A stretch of 64,000 nucleotides of DNA from Vicugna vicugna (lineage: Eukaryota), in NCBI GenBank assembly GCA_013265495.1, contig MU058221.1:806001-870000 (forward strand), read 5' to 3'. The translations under genes and the position numbers were made by a program. The notes below the pieces were generated by a model. The model did not search any database and was not told the origin of the DNA. It saw nothing but the letters and a program-made list of their open reading frames with translations. How positions within the stretch are numbered: the first letter of the stretch is position 1; every line of letters begins with the position of its first letter. Below are positions 1 through 10,660 of this stretch, piece by piece.

Positions 1-67
1 CTATTAAATCCCATAAGAGAGGTATCAACACAATTATGTAGAAGTGATTTTATTTTCTGGGCATTAC

Positions 68-129
68 CAGCTAATTTCAGATCATCGTGCACAGCTTCAA
101 TTATCCACTTTGCACTTCAACATGAAAAT
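68..129 (-). other. Candidate internal non-coding exon (62 nt) of a minus-strand transcript
   Basis: Minus strand reads cttcctgtcttcaaactttag|ATTTTC...TTAGCTG|gtaatg, i.e. a pyrimidine-rich acceptor and a good donor. All three frames contain stops. Confidence 0.45.
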
Positions 130-255
130 CTAAAGTTTGAAGACAGGAAGATTTCTCAATATAAGTATTTTTGTGAGCTAATACGTAAGTATTCTAATTT
201 ATTCCATTATGATTTATGAAGCCTGTACTCAATTATTTCAGCTCTGCCTAATTAC

Positions 256-389
256 CTGTGTGGTTCTTAAAATCCACACACAGAGACATACACACATGCT
301 CATTTTCATAATGTGGCTCAAAACTTAAGTTCTTTCTAAAATCTTATCTAAGTCAATGGAAATCCATCATCTACGAAGCCTCATCTACT
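256..389 (-). other. Candidate internal non-coding exon (134 nt) of a minus-strand transcript
   Basis: Minus strand has a strong acceptor ttttttttttctttttcag|AGTAG and a strong donor CACACAG|gtaatt. There are early stops in all frames, and a 126-nt intron separates it from the 129-68 exon. Confidence 0.5.
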
Positions 390-539
390 CTGAAAAAGAA
401 AAAAAAAAACAGACAGTAACTCAAATTTCTAAAACTAAAATAAGAGATTGTATGGGGTCTTTTCCGAACCACACAATATTAAGAAAGAATATTGACTAGA
501 TGGTGAAAGCATATGAATAAGGCTGAGTGAATCAGTACC

Positions 540-1530
540 AAAACCTCTTCATTGACTAGAGTTCTGGAAATGAAGGGGAAAGCTCTTGAGAAAGACAGGA
601 GTGCATGACGAAAATCAGAGCATCCTTCCTCGTATTCTGTTTCATTTTCTTTGAAGACTTAGTCCACAGTGTCCCTCTTGTTTATTGTTATCCTGACCAT
701 CAGTGTGGTGTTCTTATCCCCAATCTCTCCTCCACTTTGGTTGATCCCACATCCTGTTGACAAAGTGTTTTTCCTGAAGTGGATAATACCAACACACTCA
801 TCTTTGAATACGAACAATACCCCTAAACTTCAATCATTCTCCAAAGGCTATTCAGGAACATCCAAAATCCTTACAGAGCCACACGCCACTCAAAATCAAA
901 ATGTTTTAATGAACCATTTTCTCAGAACAAAAGTTTGTTGTTCATTTTTCACTGCAAAAGTCTATGGCAAAATTAAAAAAAAAAACAACATTGCAATGGG
1001 CATTACTGTTCTCAATTTTGAACCAAAGCTCCTCTGCTGTCTTTAACTGTTGATAATGTAGCATTATCCTCTGTAGCAAAACAGGTAATTTGGGGAGGAT
1101 GTGGACATTTTGGATGATTGTAGGAAACACATTTTCATACATGCTTCAGATCAAGCTTATTTATAATATTCATCTAGCTTTCTAAGTAGTTGGTTCTCTT
1201 GAACGTTCAAATACTGAAAAAAAATTGAAATAGAGGGTCTTGATAATTACATTACTCACAGTCTAGGTACATTTTGTTTTAAATTTTGATGTGCTTTAAT
1301 ATTCAATAAACAAAGCTTCATAAATCATATCTTTTAAAATGAAATATGTATTACATAGTATTCTCAATGCAATCCATGCTCAAATATTAACAAAAATGAG
1401 AAAATAAAATCCATCCTGTCGAGCAGAGGTGAGCACGATTCAGAGACCATGGTCTACAGCCTTTTGTACATTTTATTGATACACCTGCACCAGCTTTCTG
1501 AGACTAGGATAATAACATATTTACTTTAAG
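540..1530 (-). mobile_element. Degenerate piggyBac-superfamily transposase fossil (many stops and frameshifts)
   Basis: Manual minus-strand translation gives colinear piggyBac-like motifs: LVQV/INKMY (1493-1466), DPLFQ (1239-1225), SLI*SM at the SxDExM position (1157-1140), PKCPHPPQITCFATED (1113-1066), YIIN (1060-1049), CNVV (995-984), NNKLLF..WF (942-911), ACGSVR (886-869), FKD/VLVLST (810-778) and MVR..NKQEG.TVD (700-662). Confidence 0.65.
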
Positions 1531-1599
1531 TCAAGCAGCTTTTCTTCCTTCAACATTGTATGTTCTGTATTTGGGACGTTTACCAGTGAAAAGTTCTCC

Positions 1600-1775
1600 T
1601 GTGAGATCATTTACTAGGAACATGACTCTAGGGGAGTCATTTATTATCTCTGAGGATCAGCACTCTAGTCTGAAATACAGAGATGGAAATTGTACCTTCC
1701 TCTCAGGACACTGTAGAGGGTTACAATGCAAAGAATATTTAGGAAAAATATAGTGTTTGCTATAAAATAATAGTA
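1600..1775 (+). mobile_element. MIR SINE fragment
   Basis: Degenerate match to the MIR core (agtcatttattatctctgaggatcag...gtaccttcctctcagg...tgtagagggttacaatg). Confidence 0.6.
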
Positions 1776-1786
1776 ACATGTTACTG

Positions 1787-2282
1787 CAGCTTATCCTCAA
1801 CTTGCTCAGAGGGTTATGTCCCGATAGATCCAGTATAAGCTGAAATGATCACAAGCTGAAAATCCATTTAATGCACACACCTCTGGAACAGCGTACCTTA
1901 GCCTGGCCCACCTTAAACACGCTCAGAATACTTACATTAACCTACAGCTGGGCAAAATCATCTAACACAAAGCCTGCGTTACAACGGAGTACTGAATATC
2001 TCATGCAGTTCATTGGCTATTATACTGGAAGTGAGAACCAGAGTGGTGGCCTGGGTCCAGAATGGTGGTAAGTGCGTCCCTTGCTCACCCTCCTGACCGC
2101 GTGGCTGACCGTGAGCTGCGTGCAGCTCGCCCCTGCTACCCAGCCTCACGGGAGGGCACTGCCCTGCATATCGCCCGCCCAGGAGAAGATCGGAATGCAA
2201 AATCTGAAGTACAGCTTCTTGTGAATGTGTATCACTTTTACACGATCATAAAGCCGAAAAATGGCAAGTCGAGGACCATCTG
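1787..2282 (+). mobile_element. MER47/Tigger5-type TcMar MITE
   Basis: CAG...CTG termini. The internal sequence (gggttatgtcccgata, ccttaaacacgctcagaatacttacattaacctacagctgggcaaaatcatctaacacaaagcc) matches the MER47 family, and the flanks are TG, consistent with a decayed TA target. Confidence 0.85.
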
Positions 2283-2692
2283 TGTTGTTATGCAAAAATA
2301 AATCTTTTTGGTCTGGAATAGCATAGAGTATGTACATATTTTTATTGTTAAGTTACAAGCAACCCACATGAAATAGTAGACGCTTGCTTAAATTACAAAG
2401 CACTGAAAAAATGTCAACTGGAAACTCAGAATGATATTCGAGAGTGTTGCTATTTACAGAGAACAATGCTCAACACACATCCTTAATCGGAAAAAGTCGG
2501 TAACTCATCTGCATAACATATAAACAACTAATCTAAACAGAGGCTTCCTGCCACTCAGCCGTTTCTTACTTTATAGCAAATACGGGTAGTGCCGTAAAAC
2601 TTACTAAATCATCAAGTGGAACAGTCGTTGAAGATTATTTGCAGAGATTATGACCAGTGGAGAAGTAATTTTTTTGATTATTGAAAGTCACT

Positions 2693-3013
2693 TGAGTGAC
2701 GAAGACAGCCTTAAACTTGCTCTCATCTTGGCGAAACTTCAGACAGGCGTCTTCCTGACCTCAAGCCCTTAACTTCCCATTTCTGAGAGTGATTTAATTG
2801 TGCGGGCAATGACACGGTAAGCCCTTTCCTACCCAAAGCCTCCTGCCAGTTTCACAGCTCAGCGCTGCCTTCGTCAAGGATCCGAGGAAGTCCTCTGACG
2901 TGTAAGCAACGAGGAAGAAAGCGCCCTTCTACTGGCTTTCCTGGGAGCGCTGGCGAGAGACGTACCGTGAGCTGTGAAATTACCTTCTCCTGCGAAGGTG
3001 TGAGAACGTTATC
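2693..3013 (+). mobile_element. ERV1 solo LTR (MER67-like), 5' part
   Basis: aaacttcagacaggcgtcttcctgacc...gcctcctgccagtttcacagc...gaggaagaaagcgccc resembles MER67. The element resumes at 4131 after an L1 insertion. Confidence 0.7.
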
Positions 3014-4130
3014 TTTAGGTCTTCTGCCCATTTTCTCATTGGATTTTTTTCTTTTGCTACTGAGTTGTATGAGCTGTCAGTATATTCCGCAAATGAAACC
3101 CCTGTCAGTCATGTCATCTACAGACATTGTCTCTCATTCCACAGGTTGTCTTTCCATTATGTTTATGGTTTCCTTTGCTGTGCAAAAGCTTAAAAGTTTA
3201 ATTAGGTCCCAATTGCTTCTTTTTGCTTTTATTCCTATTGCCTTGGTAGAAGACATACAAATGTCCAATTGGCATATGAAAAAATGCTTAATATCACTAA
3301 TTATCACAGAAAGCAAATCAAAACTACAGTGAGGTATCACCTCCTGCCAGTCAGAACTTCCATCTTTAAAAAGTCCACAAATGAGAGATGCTGGAGAGAG
3401 TGTGGAGAAAAGGGAGCCTCCTGCACTGCTGGTGGGAATGCAGTTTGCTGCAGCCACTATGGAAAACAGCACAGAGATTCCTTTAAAAACTAAAAATAGA
3501 CTTACTGTATGATCCAGCAATCCCAATCCTGGGCATATATCCAGAGGGAACTCTAATTTGTAAAGATACATGCACCACAATGTTCATAGCAGCAGTATTT
3601 GTAATAGTCAAGACATGGGAGCCACCTAAATGTCTACCTATAAATAGATAGATAGACAGACACACAATGGAATAGTACTCAACCATAAAAAAGAATAAAA
3701 TAATGCCATTAGCCGCAACATGAGTGGACCCGGAGGCAGTCACACTAAGTGAAGTCAGCCAGAAAGAGAAAGAAAAATACCATATGAGATCGCGCATATG
3801 TGGAATCCAAAAAAATGGCACAAATGAAGTCATTTCTGAAGCATAAACAGATTCACAGACATAGAAAACAAACTTAAGGTTACCAGGAGGGAAAGGGTGG
3901 GCAGCAGGATAAAGAGGGATTGGGATTTGCAGAAACTAACCACTATATATAACAGATAAACAGCAAGGTCCTACTGTACAGCACAGGGAAATATATTCAG
4001 TGTCTTGTAATAGCCTATAATAAAGAAGAGTGTGAAAAGGGGTGTGTGTATATATGTGTGTATATGAATCATTACGCTGTATACCAGAAATTAACACAAC
4101 ATAATAAACCAACTATATTTCAAAAAAAAA
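3014..4130 (+). mobile_element. 5'-truncated, 5'-inverted L1 (3014-3246 inverted, 3247-4130 sense) with poly(A)
   Basis: Minus-oriented ORF2 piece (WDLIKLLSFCTAKETIN) is joined to the sense ORF2 C-terminus (RYHLLPVR..CWRECGEKG), the 3' UTR and an A tail at 4122-4130. Confidence 0.92.
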
Positions 4131-4356
4131 GCCACCTTCACCTTTAGGTGAGGCCAATTAGCAATCACAGGTGATCTATGATCCTCCCCAACCCTAGCTC
4201 TTAAACAGTCTCCAGACATTTGTTTCAGCAGAAACGTGTTGTCCACATTTGATCTGCTCTCTCTCCCCTCTTTCTGGCCATCTTATCAGAATAAATTCTA
4301 CTTCTGTCTGGTCATCTTGTCCCGGGAGAGTTTCTTTTTTTTTTTTTTTTTAAACA
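4131..4356 (+). mobile_element. ERV1 solo LTR (MER67-like), 3' part
   Basis: gccaattagcaatcacag, AATAAA at about 4290 and a terminal ...cttgtcccgg...aaaca. Confidence 0.7.
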
Positions 4357-4699
4357 TAGTCACAATGGTTCTGGATAGGCATTGCTTTTCCTATAATTTG
4401 GGGCAAGTTAAATGGCTAAACTTCAATTTTTGACTTGTAACTAAGAATTTATAGCAGCCTGCGAAGTAGGATGGTTTCTACGCTCGAAGGAGACAGTGTG
4501 GTATAGAAGCGTTTTACTGAATGACGCAGAGGAAGCACACGGTAAAGGTTAGAAATCAGATAGGCTGAGAGCTTGGATGGGCAATTACAAAAAGAATCTG
4601 CCAACTAGCACCTGAAATGATGTTCCACGTGTGTTGTAAGTTTCTTTTTTCTTTAACTGCAATTTTAAACAGGAAGATGTTAGCTTCCAGCAATCAAAG

Positions 4700-5090
4700 T
4701 GGTGTAGATATTAAAAACACGTCTCTACGGAGTTGGCGAGTATTTGGTGAAGCAAATTGCTAATGTATTTTTGGAGGGCAATACGACATTAAGTATCAAA
4801 AATCTTCAACTTGTGCCTACTGAGCAAGTCTGCTTTCAAGGAGAAGAAATAGTTCAGCGTCGGCAAATATTAATCAATACTGATGTTTATCCCAGCTCTG
4901 TTTCTATTATTATTATCATTGTTAGAACCAGCTCTAAGGAACCAAATTGCAGGCGTACAACCACACAAGGGAACATGCTGCGTTAACTTTTAGACTCACA
5001 CTTAAGAACCTTTTACAGTTTGAGGAAATTTGAATGGTAAACGTGAAGTGAAAACAAAGTACGGCAATTTATAAACTGTGATCCGCACGT
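4700..5090 (+). mobile_element. Old L1 (L1M-type) 3' fragment
   Basis: tttttggagggcaatacgacattaagtatcaaaaatctt resembles the old L1 ORF2 end and 3' region. Confidence 0.5.
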
Positions 5091-6464
5091 TCAATGTCAA
5101 GGGGGCTTGAGTCTAAGGTATGTAGTACAAGGCATTAACTGTGTGATGGCCACCTTTGCAATTTCCTGCCGTCTAATAACTAACCACAGAATCTGTAAAA
5201 ATGATTAAAGTAATCAGCTTCGGTATTCATCTACTAGTTAAAAAGCAAGATTTTCTCCAAGGCCATTACTTTTCCATCAGAAATTAAAATACACATGTCT
5301 GCAGTGTTTGATGTCAATGTAGCTTTTTGGACTTAATTCCTATGAACCCCACTTACTCCTCTGTAGAGGTCTGCAGTAAATCGTGCTATTGGCCAATACA
5401 TATACTATTTCCCACGATTTTTTTTCTATTTGTGAGACCCTGAATAGACATTTTTTGCATATGCATCTTCATCATTTAGTTGCCAGGTGGTATTTCTAAA
5501 ATTAGATAATTCTATGTATTTCTCCCACAGAATCAATAAACCACCGGTCAGTTCAGACAGTGCAGGGCTGAACGGGGGGCTAGCGGAGGCTGAGAGGCAG
5601 TGTTTTTCTGTCTGACTCTTATAATAAGTGATTTCAACTTATTGGCTTATTTCTGTTCTCCACACACATAAAACTGAAAAACACTGACTACTTGTCTATT
5701 GAAACAAAAAAAAAAAAACCCCTCTGCTCTGAGGGCTCCCACAATGACGTGGACTCGCCATGGGTTGGTGACGATGTTCATGGAGACTCACACGGCGGAT
5801 TTCAGCTGCTCAGAATGTAGGAAGTTATCTATCATAGTTATAATACAGTTCTGTATTATTGTTTTCCTCTCCAAATCAACACCGTCATTTGCATTTCTAA
5901 CCCTCAGTTTTATTCAGAGCATGTTTCTATGGTTAACTCCGCTGACACAAATGACAAGCTGTTAAATTATTACATGTGACTCGCGTGGAGACACACAGAA
6001 GGCTGAAACTAAACATTCATGAACTTAAAAGCAGCACGCAAAGGCAAGCTCAGAACCAAAACGTTCATAGACCCACTGCCGATCACAGCACTGGGAGCTG
6101 AAAATTAAAGTGACACCTGGAAAGTGTAACGACCCTTTCCAAAGTCCAGATCCCAGATTTAATAAACCTCCTATTTAACGTCATTTTGGCTTGAAATAGG
6201 ACAGCTAATCGAGTTTGGGTCAAGGAATAGATAGTATCAATCCGCTGATGTGGCGTGCGTCCTGTTTTCTTTGGCACTGTGGTGATAATTATAATTTTAG
6301 AATGAGTGATGTCTTAAGATCGATAACACTTTTTTCATAGACTCTCATGTGAAGTTGGACTAATACGAAGACTTGTAAGAAAGAATGCTTGAAGGCTAAG
6401 GAAAATCTGATTGGCTTCTGTAAGATTCTGAGTGTTACGGATCAGTTAAACACCCATCTGCTCA

Positions 6465-6950
6465 TTTTTTAAATTTTTTATTTTGAGATAATACCAGACA
6501 TACAGGAAAATTATAAAATAGTACAGAGCGGCTTGCACCGTAGGAGAGTAGGCTCTCCTACTGCTAACAGCTTATAAAACCACAGAACAATGATCGAAAC
6601 TAGGACATTATTTTAATGCAACATTTTAAACTGACGACTGATATGCTCTGAATTTCGCCAGTTGTCCCACTAATATCGTTTTCAGGTCCCGACTCTGATC
6701 CAGTGTCCGATACTGTATGAAGTTTTCATTCCTTTTCAGGCTCCTCCAATCTGTGACAATTCCTTAAGCTTCCCTCTTCTACGTGACGCTGACGATGTAA
6801 TAACTACTGGTCAATTATTTCGTAGAATGTCCCTCACTTTGGGTTTATCTGATGTTTTCTCACAACTAGATTAAAATCATGGATTTTTGGTAAGAATAGC
6901 GCAGAGCCATTCTCAGCGCTTCCCATCATGGGTACATGCAATTATTCTGG
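6465..6950 (-). mobile_element. Old L1 (L1MC-like) 3' end
   Basis: ttttattttgagataat...aaaatagtacagag...ggtcaattatttcgtagaatgtccctcactttgggtttatctgatgttttctca is typical of an antisense L1MC 3' end. Confidence 0.7.
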
Positions 6951-9106
6951 CCTTGCTTTTCACGGGAGGGTAGGTCCTTAAACATGTCATGGAAGTGACT
7001 GTTGGTAAGTCACTCTCTCAAAATGTCATATTGAATAATTATTATTTACCTCCATGATGCCTGAGCAAAAGTTATTGAGAAAAAACAGCCATGATTTTGG
7101 AAATTAATGCCTCACTTTCCAATTGTCAATTTATAAATATCAATATTTTCTATTAAGCTGAAAGTGAGGCTAATATATGATACAAATAAATAAAAAAAAG
7201 AAACAAGAATGGTGCACCTTCCTTCAGGAGAGAAATCTGTATTGATATTTGGGACTTTGGGGAAGGCAGACAACTATGTCCATAGTACAGTTTATCAGGA
7301 ACTGTGTGCATTTAAAGAGCAACCTCACAAATTTATTACTAAAAGCACCATCTACTGGTTACCAGAAACTGATGCATTTCAATCTGTCTGTCTTCAGATC
7401 CTCTGATAAAAGAGCAGAAAGCATTTCCCTCTTGCCTGCCTGCACTGTTTCTCCCCTGCACTTTGAAGTTACAAGCCTCAGGAAACAGGAGGTCGATTTT
7501 ATTGGTAAAATGTTTTAGCCTATGTGCGTGTATGTACAGTGGAAATCAATGTTTCAGCTTGCCTTTTATTGGAAAACTTAGGCATATAAATGAGAGTATT
7601 TTTTCTTCTAAATCAGTCTTACGTATCTGAAAGGCAATTGTTACAATGTTTAGGAAGTACAAAGGCGTCTCTCTCAGGAGACGTTACAAAATTTAAACTG
7701 AAGTGTTTGAACAAGTCCAGCCTGTGGTCTGATTCCAGCCCACAGTAGGTTCTAAACAAGGACTGGCCGAGTGAAGAAAGGAAAAAAAATCTCGCTCTGA
7801 CTTGATGTGAGAAATGACAAAAGTGGAGGAAACTCTCATATTTTATATTCATTAGAGATATTTTTAACCCTGACAAAATTTGATGTGTGGATTTAATACT
7901 AACAAGGGAAGAGTGATGCCTTTTATTTTTAAAAAAAAGCTCATCACACAGAGAATAAATTTAGAATTTTCTGAGATTTCAAAAATGTAGCGAGGTATTC
8001 ATCCTGGTAAGTTTAAAACACTTAGTATGAGCATTTGACCTAACGGATTAGAAACACAGAACAAAGAAACCTTCTGCTTAGCTTTGCTGTAAATTCAGTG
8101 GAACCCAACCTCTACATGCTCCTGAGAGGACTGAATTCGATTATTTCGGACTGAAATTTCAGATGTGAAATTCTGAGTTGTAGGAGGAAAAACCGGTTGT
8201 ATTTTTAAAAGTAATTCCTCCCCATTACAGATGGAGAAGTTGCGTTTCAAGTGTAACTCAAGGTGAAGGCATATCACACAGGGAGGCCTGATAGACCTGA
8301 CATTTGCATTTAGGCCCTTGGTTTACAAAAGCATAGTTTTTAAAATTAATGAAGAATGGGCTCAATTGTATCAGTACGTTTTCTTGGGAGGTGGGAGGAG
8401 GTGGGAAGGTGAGAGTAAATACACTTGTCCTGTAAGTGGGTAACCTCCTCTGAGCATCACCAGGAAGCTAATTACCAGTCCTATTCTGTGACCCAAATAT
8501 CCCTCTTTAAGTAAAATGAAATTGATATTAAGAACATTTCTTACGCATCTCACTCATCTAAGCACTTTGGGAATCAACTGTCAGTGTTTCAAGATATGAT
8601 CCCATCTATGCACAGTTGAACCAAAAAAAGCCTGCTTTCACTAAATGATAGGGCAAATTTAACAATTCATTCAACAGATACTTTTCCAAATGTTGGGACA
8701 TTTCTAAATTCAATAGGAAGAAAAAATGCATTGATATAAACTCTGTAGGTAATGATTTTTTTTTTTTTTAAAGAGTGTTTGGCATGGCTTTAGGGAGAAA
8801 AAGCTACTTCTGTCAGGAACGCGTTCTTGCTCCAGGGTAAAAATAACCTTCACAGCTCCCAACATAAATAAGCGATCGTCATCCAAAAGGTGTCAAATTA
8901 GTTCAAAAAAAATGAAGCAATTAGCCTCCATGCTTTTAAAAATCCATTTGATTTTGGTGTGCACATGTCAGAGGAGGTCCCAGACTGACAGTGAGGGCTG
9001 GCCAGCTGCATGGTCTGTCTCCCTCCCTCTCTCCCATGGTTTCTTCCGTGTCATCAACTGCACAGAACAGGAACACCAGCATTCAGTATCTCTCGCATAT
9101 TCATAT

Positions 9107-9583
9107 TGTGAGCAAAAAATACTGCAAACCACATCAGTAAATGAAGAAGCTGAAGCCATCACGTCATCAGCGGCTGCCCCTCCCCCCATTGAGGACCAGC
9201 CCGCAGCCTGGCCTCTGCAGCCCCTCACCATGGTGCCCCCTGAGGGGACTCAGAACAAGAAAGGGCAGGACACTGGCCCTAGGCAGCTCGGTGCTTGTCA
9301 AAGGAATGAATACAATGAACCCAAATGTTTGCTCCCTCCCATACACAGAAAAGCCCTAAGTCCTTTAACTTGAGATGCCTGGTTTTCTTCAGTTAACAAG
9401 TCATCTTTTATTGTTCCAACTACCTGGTCTGTGTTGTAAAGCTCCTCTGTATCCTAGCTCCCCCACTTCCTCTTCAGAGTAGCCCTTCAGAGCGACCTGA
9501 GAGGCTGTCATCCCAGCTCAGAATTGTCCACGGAATAAAACATAACAATCAACTTTTAGGTTGTTCATTTATTTCAGCTGACA
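9107..9583 (+). mobile_element. ERV1-class solo LTR (477 bp)
   Basis: TG...CA termini, a 4-bp target duplication ATAT (9103-9106 and 9584-9587), AATAAA at about 9534, and a U5-like cttttaggttgttcatttatttcagctgaca. Confidence 0.85.
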
Positions 9584-9706
9584 ATATTAAAAACAAAAAC
9601 ACTATAATAGTAAGTTTTAATTTTATTTTATTATTATTTTTATTGAATAAAAGATTCTTTAAATTCAATAGTGCTTTCTTTACAATTTTCAGAAGTTTCA
9701 CATAGT

Positions 9707-9851
9707 AGGGAGGATATAGTGCAATGGTAGAGTGTGTGCCTAGCATGCACGAGGCCCTGGGTTCAATCCCCAGTGCCTCCACTAAAATAAACAAACAAAC
9801 AAACCTAATTACCTCTCTCCTCAAAAAAAGATTAAAAAAAAAAGAATAAAC
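9707..9851 (+). mobile_element. tRNA-derived SINE (camelid Vic-1 type)
   Basis: Pol III A/B boxes (tagtgcaatggtaga, ggttcaatccc), an A-rich tail and a 15-bp TSD agaagtttcacatag/aaaagtttcacacag (9691-9705 and 9852-9866). Confidence 0.9.
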
Positions 9852-9899
9852 AAAAGTTTCACACAGATGATTTCACAGAATGCCATATAATGCTGTTTT

Positions 9900-10500
9900 T
9901 CCTCCTACCCCATGTTGCCCCTCCCCCTCCTCTCTCTCCCATCCAACATCATTGTCTCCCAAAGGCACCCAGAAGTTCCTCGGGAGGACCACCCTTTCTC
10001 CATGGTGTCAAAGACAAACTTTGGGTGGCACTGGCTTCTGGGGGGAGCTCTGATTATCATCCACCAGTCTCTGTTCTTCTCCTCATCTTTCCCCAAAGAG
10101 CAGGAGCCGGGATCTTCGCAATTGTCTCATGACCAATCTCCTGTTCACTTTGCTTCCTGACCAAACGTATTGTGAACAGCATAAATCCCAACACTTCCTT
10201 CCCCGCAATTTGTTTGGTGGATGGAGGAGAAACACTCATGCGCTGAACCAGAAAGAAGCCCGTACTTTCATTGTCTGCCACCATCCTGAGGCCGTGAAGG
10301 GAGATAACCTTCAGATAAATCTGCTACCCCGAGAGAACAGGGAGCTGAAGAAACCTGAGTCCTGAGTAACGCTGCTGTAACCCTGGCCTGGAGTCCACCT
10401 TACATTGGACTTCTCATGCTTGAGACAGCCACCTCCCTTTATTGTTTACACCAGTTTAATTTCCACATTCTGCTACTTGCAAACAAACACATACTTACAA
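9900..10500 (+). mobile_element. Old ERVL/MaLR-type LTR (LTR16/MLT1-like)
   Basis: gaagaaacctgagtcctgag...ggacttctc...ttattgtttacaccagtttaa...ttctgctacttgcaaacaaac matches the 3' end pattern of these families. Confidence 0.6.
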
Positions 10501-10504
10501 GGCA

Positions 10505-10660
10505 GTGATAATGACAGTAGTTATTATTATTTGAGCACTTCCTAGTTGAAAGGCACTGTGTTAAAGCTGCTCTGAGAGACCCATACTTTTATTGCCTCTA
10601 CTTCATAAATAAGGACACAGATTTGGAGAAGTTAAACAACTAGCTTAAGATCACACATTT
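10505..10660 (-). mobile_element. MIR fragment interrupted by L1 (resumes at about 11792-11870)
   Basis: tatttgagcactt...ggcactgtgttaaagc...gagaagttaaacaactagcttaagatcacaca. Confidence 0.65.

Noticed and set aside
669..1046. 125-aa plus-strand ORF as a gene
   Set aside because: It starts at GTG and has no recognisable domain. It is the antisense of the piggyBac remnant.
1444..1455. 12-bp palindrome AGACCATGGTCT (similar stems at about 58014 and 28042)
   Set aside because: Short palindromes of this size are expected by chance in 64 kb.
9707..9780. tRNA gene
   Set aside because: It is a SINE head with an A-rich tail and TSD. The same applies to 52625-52700.
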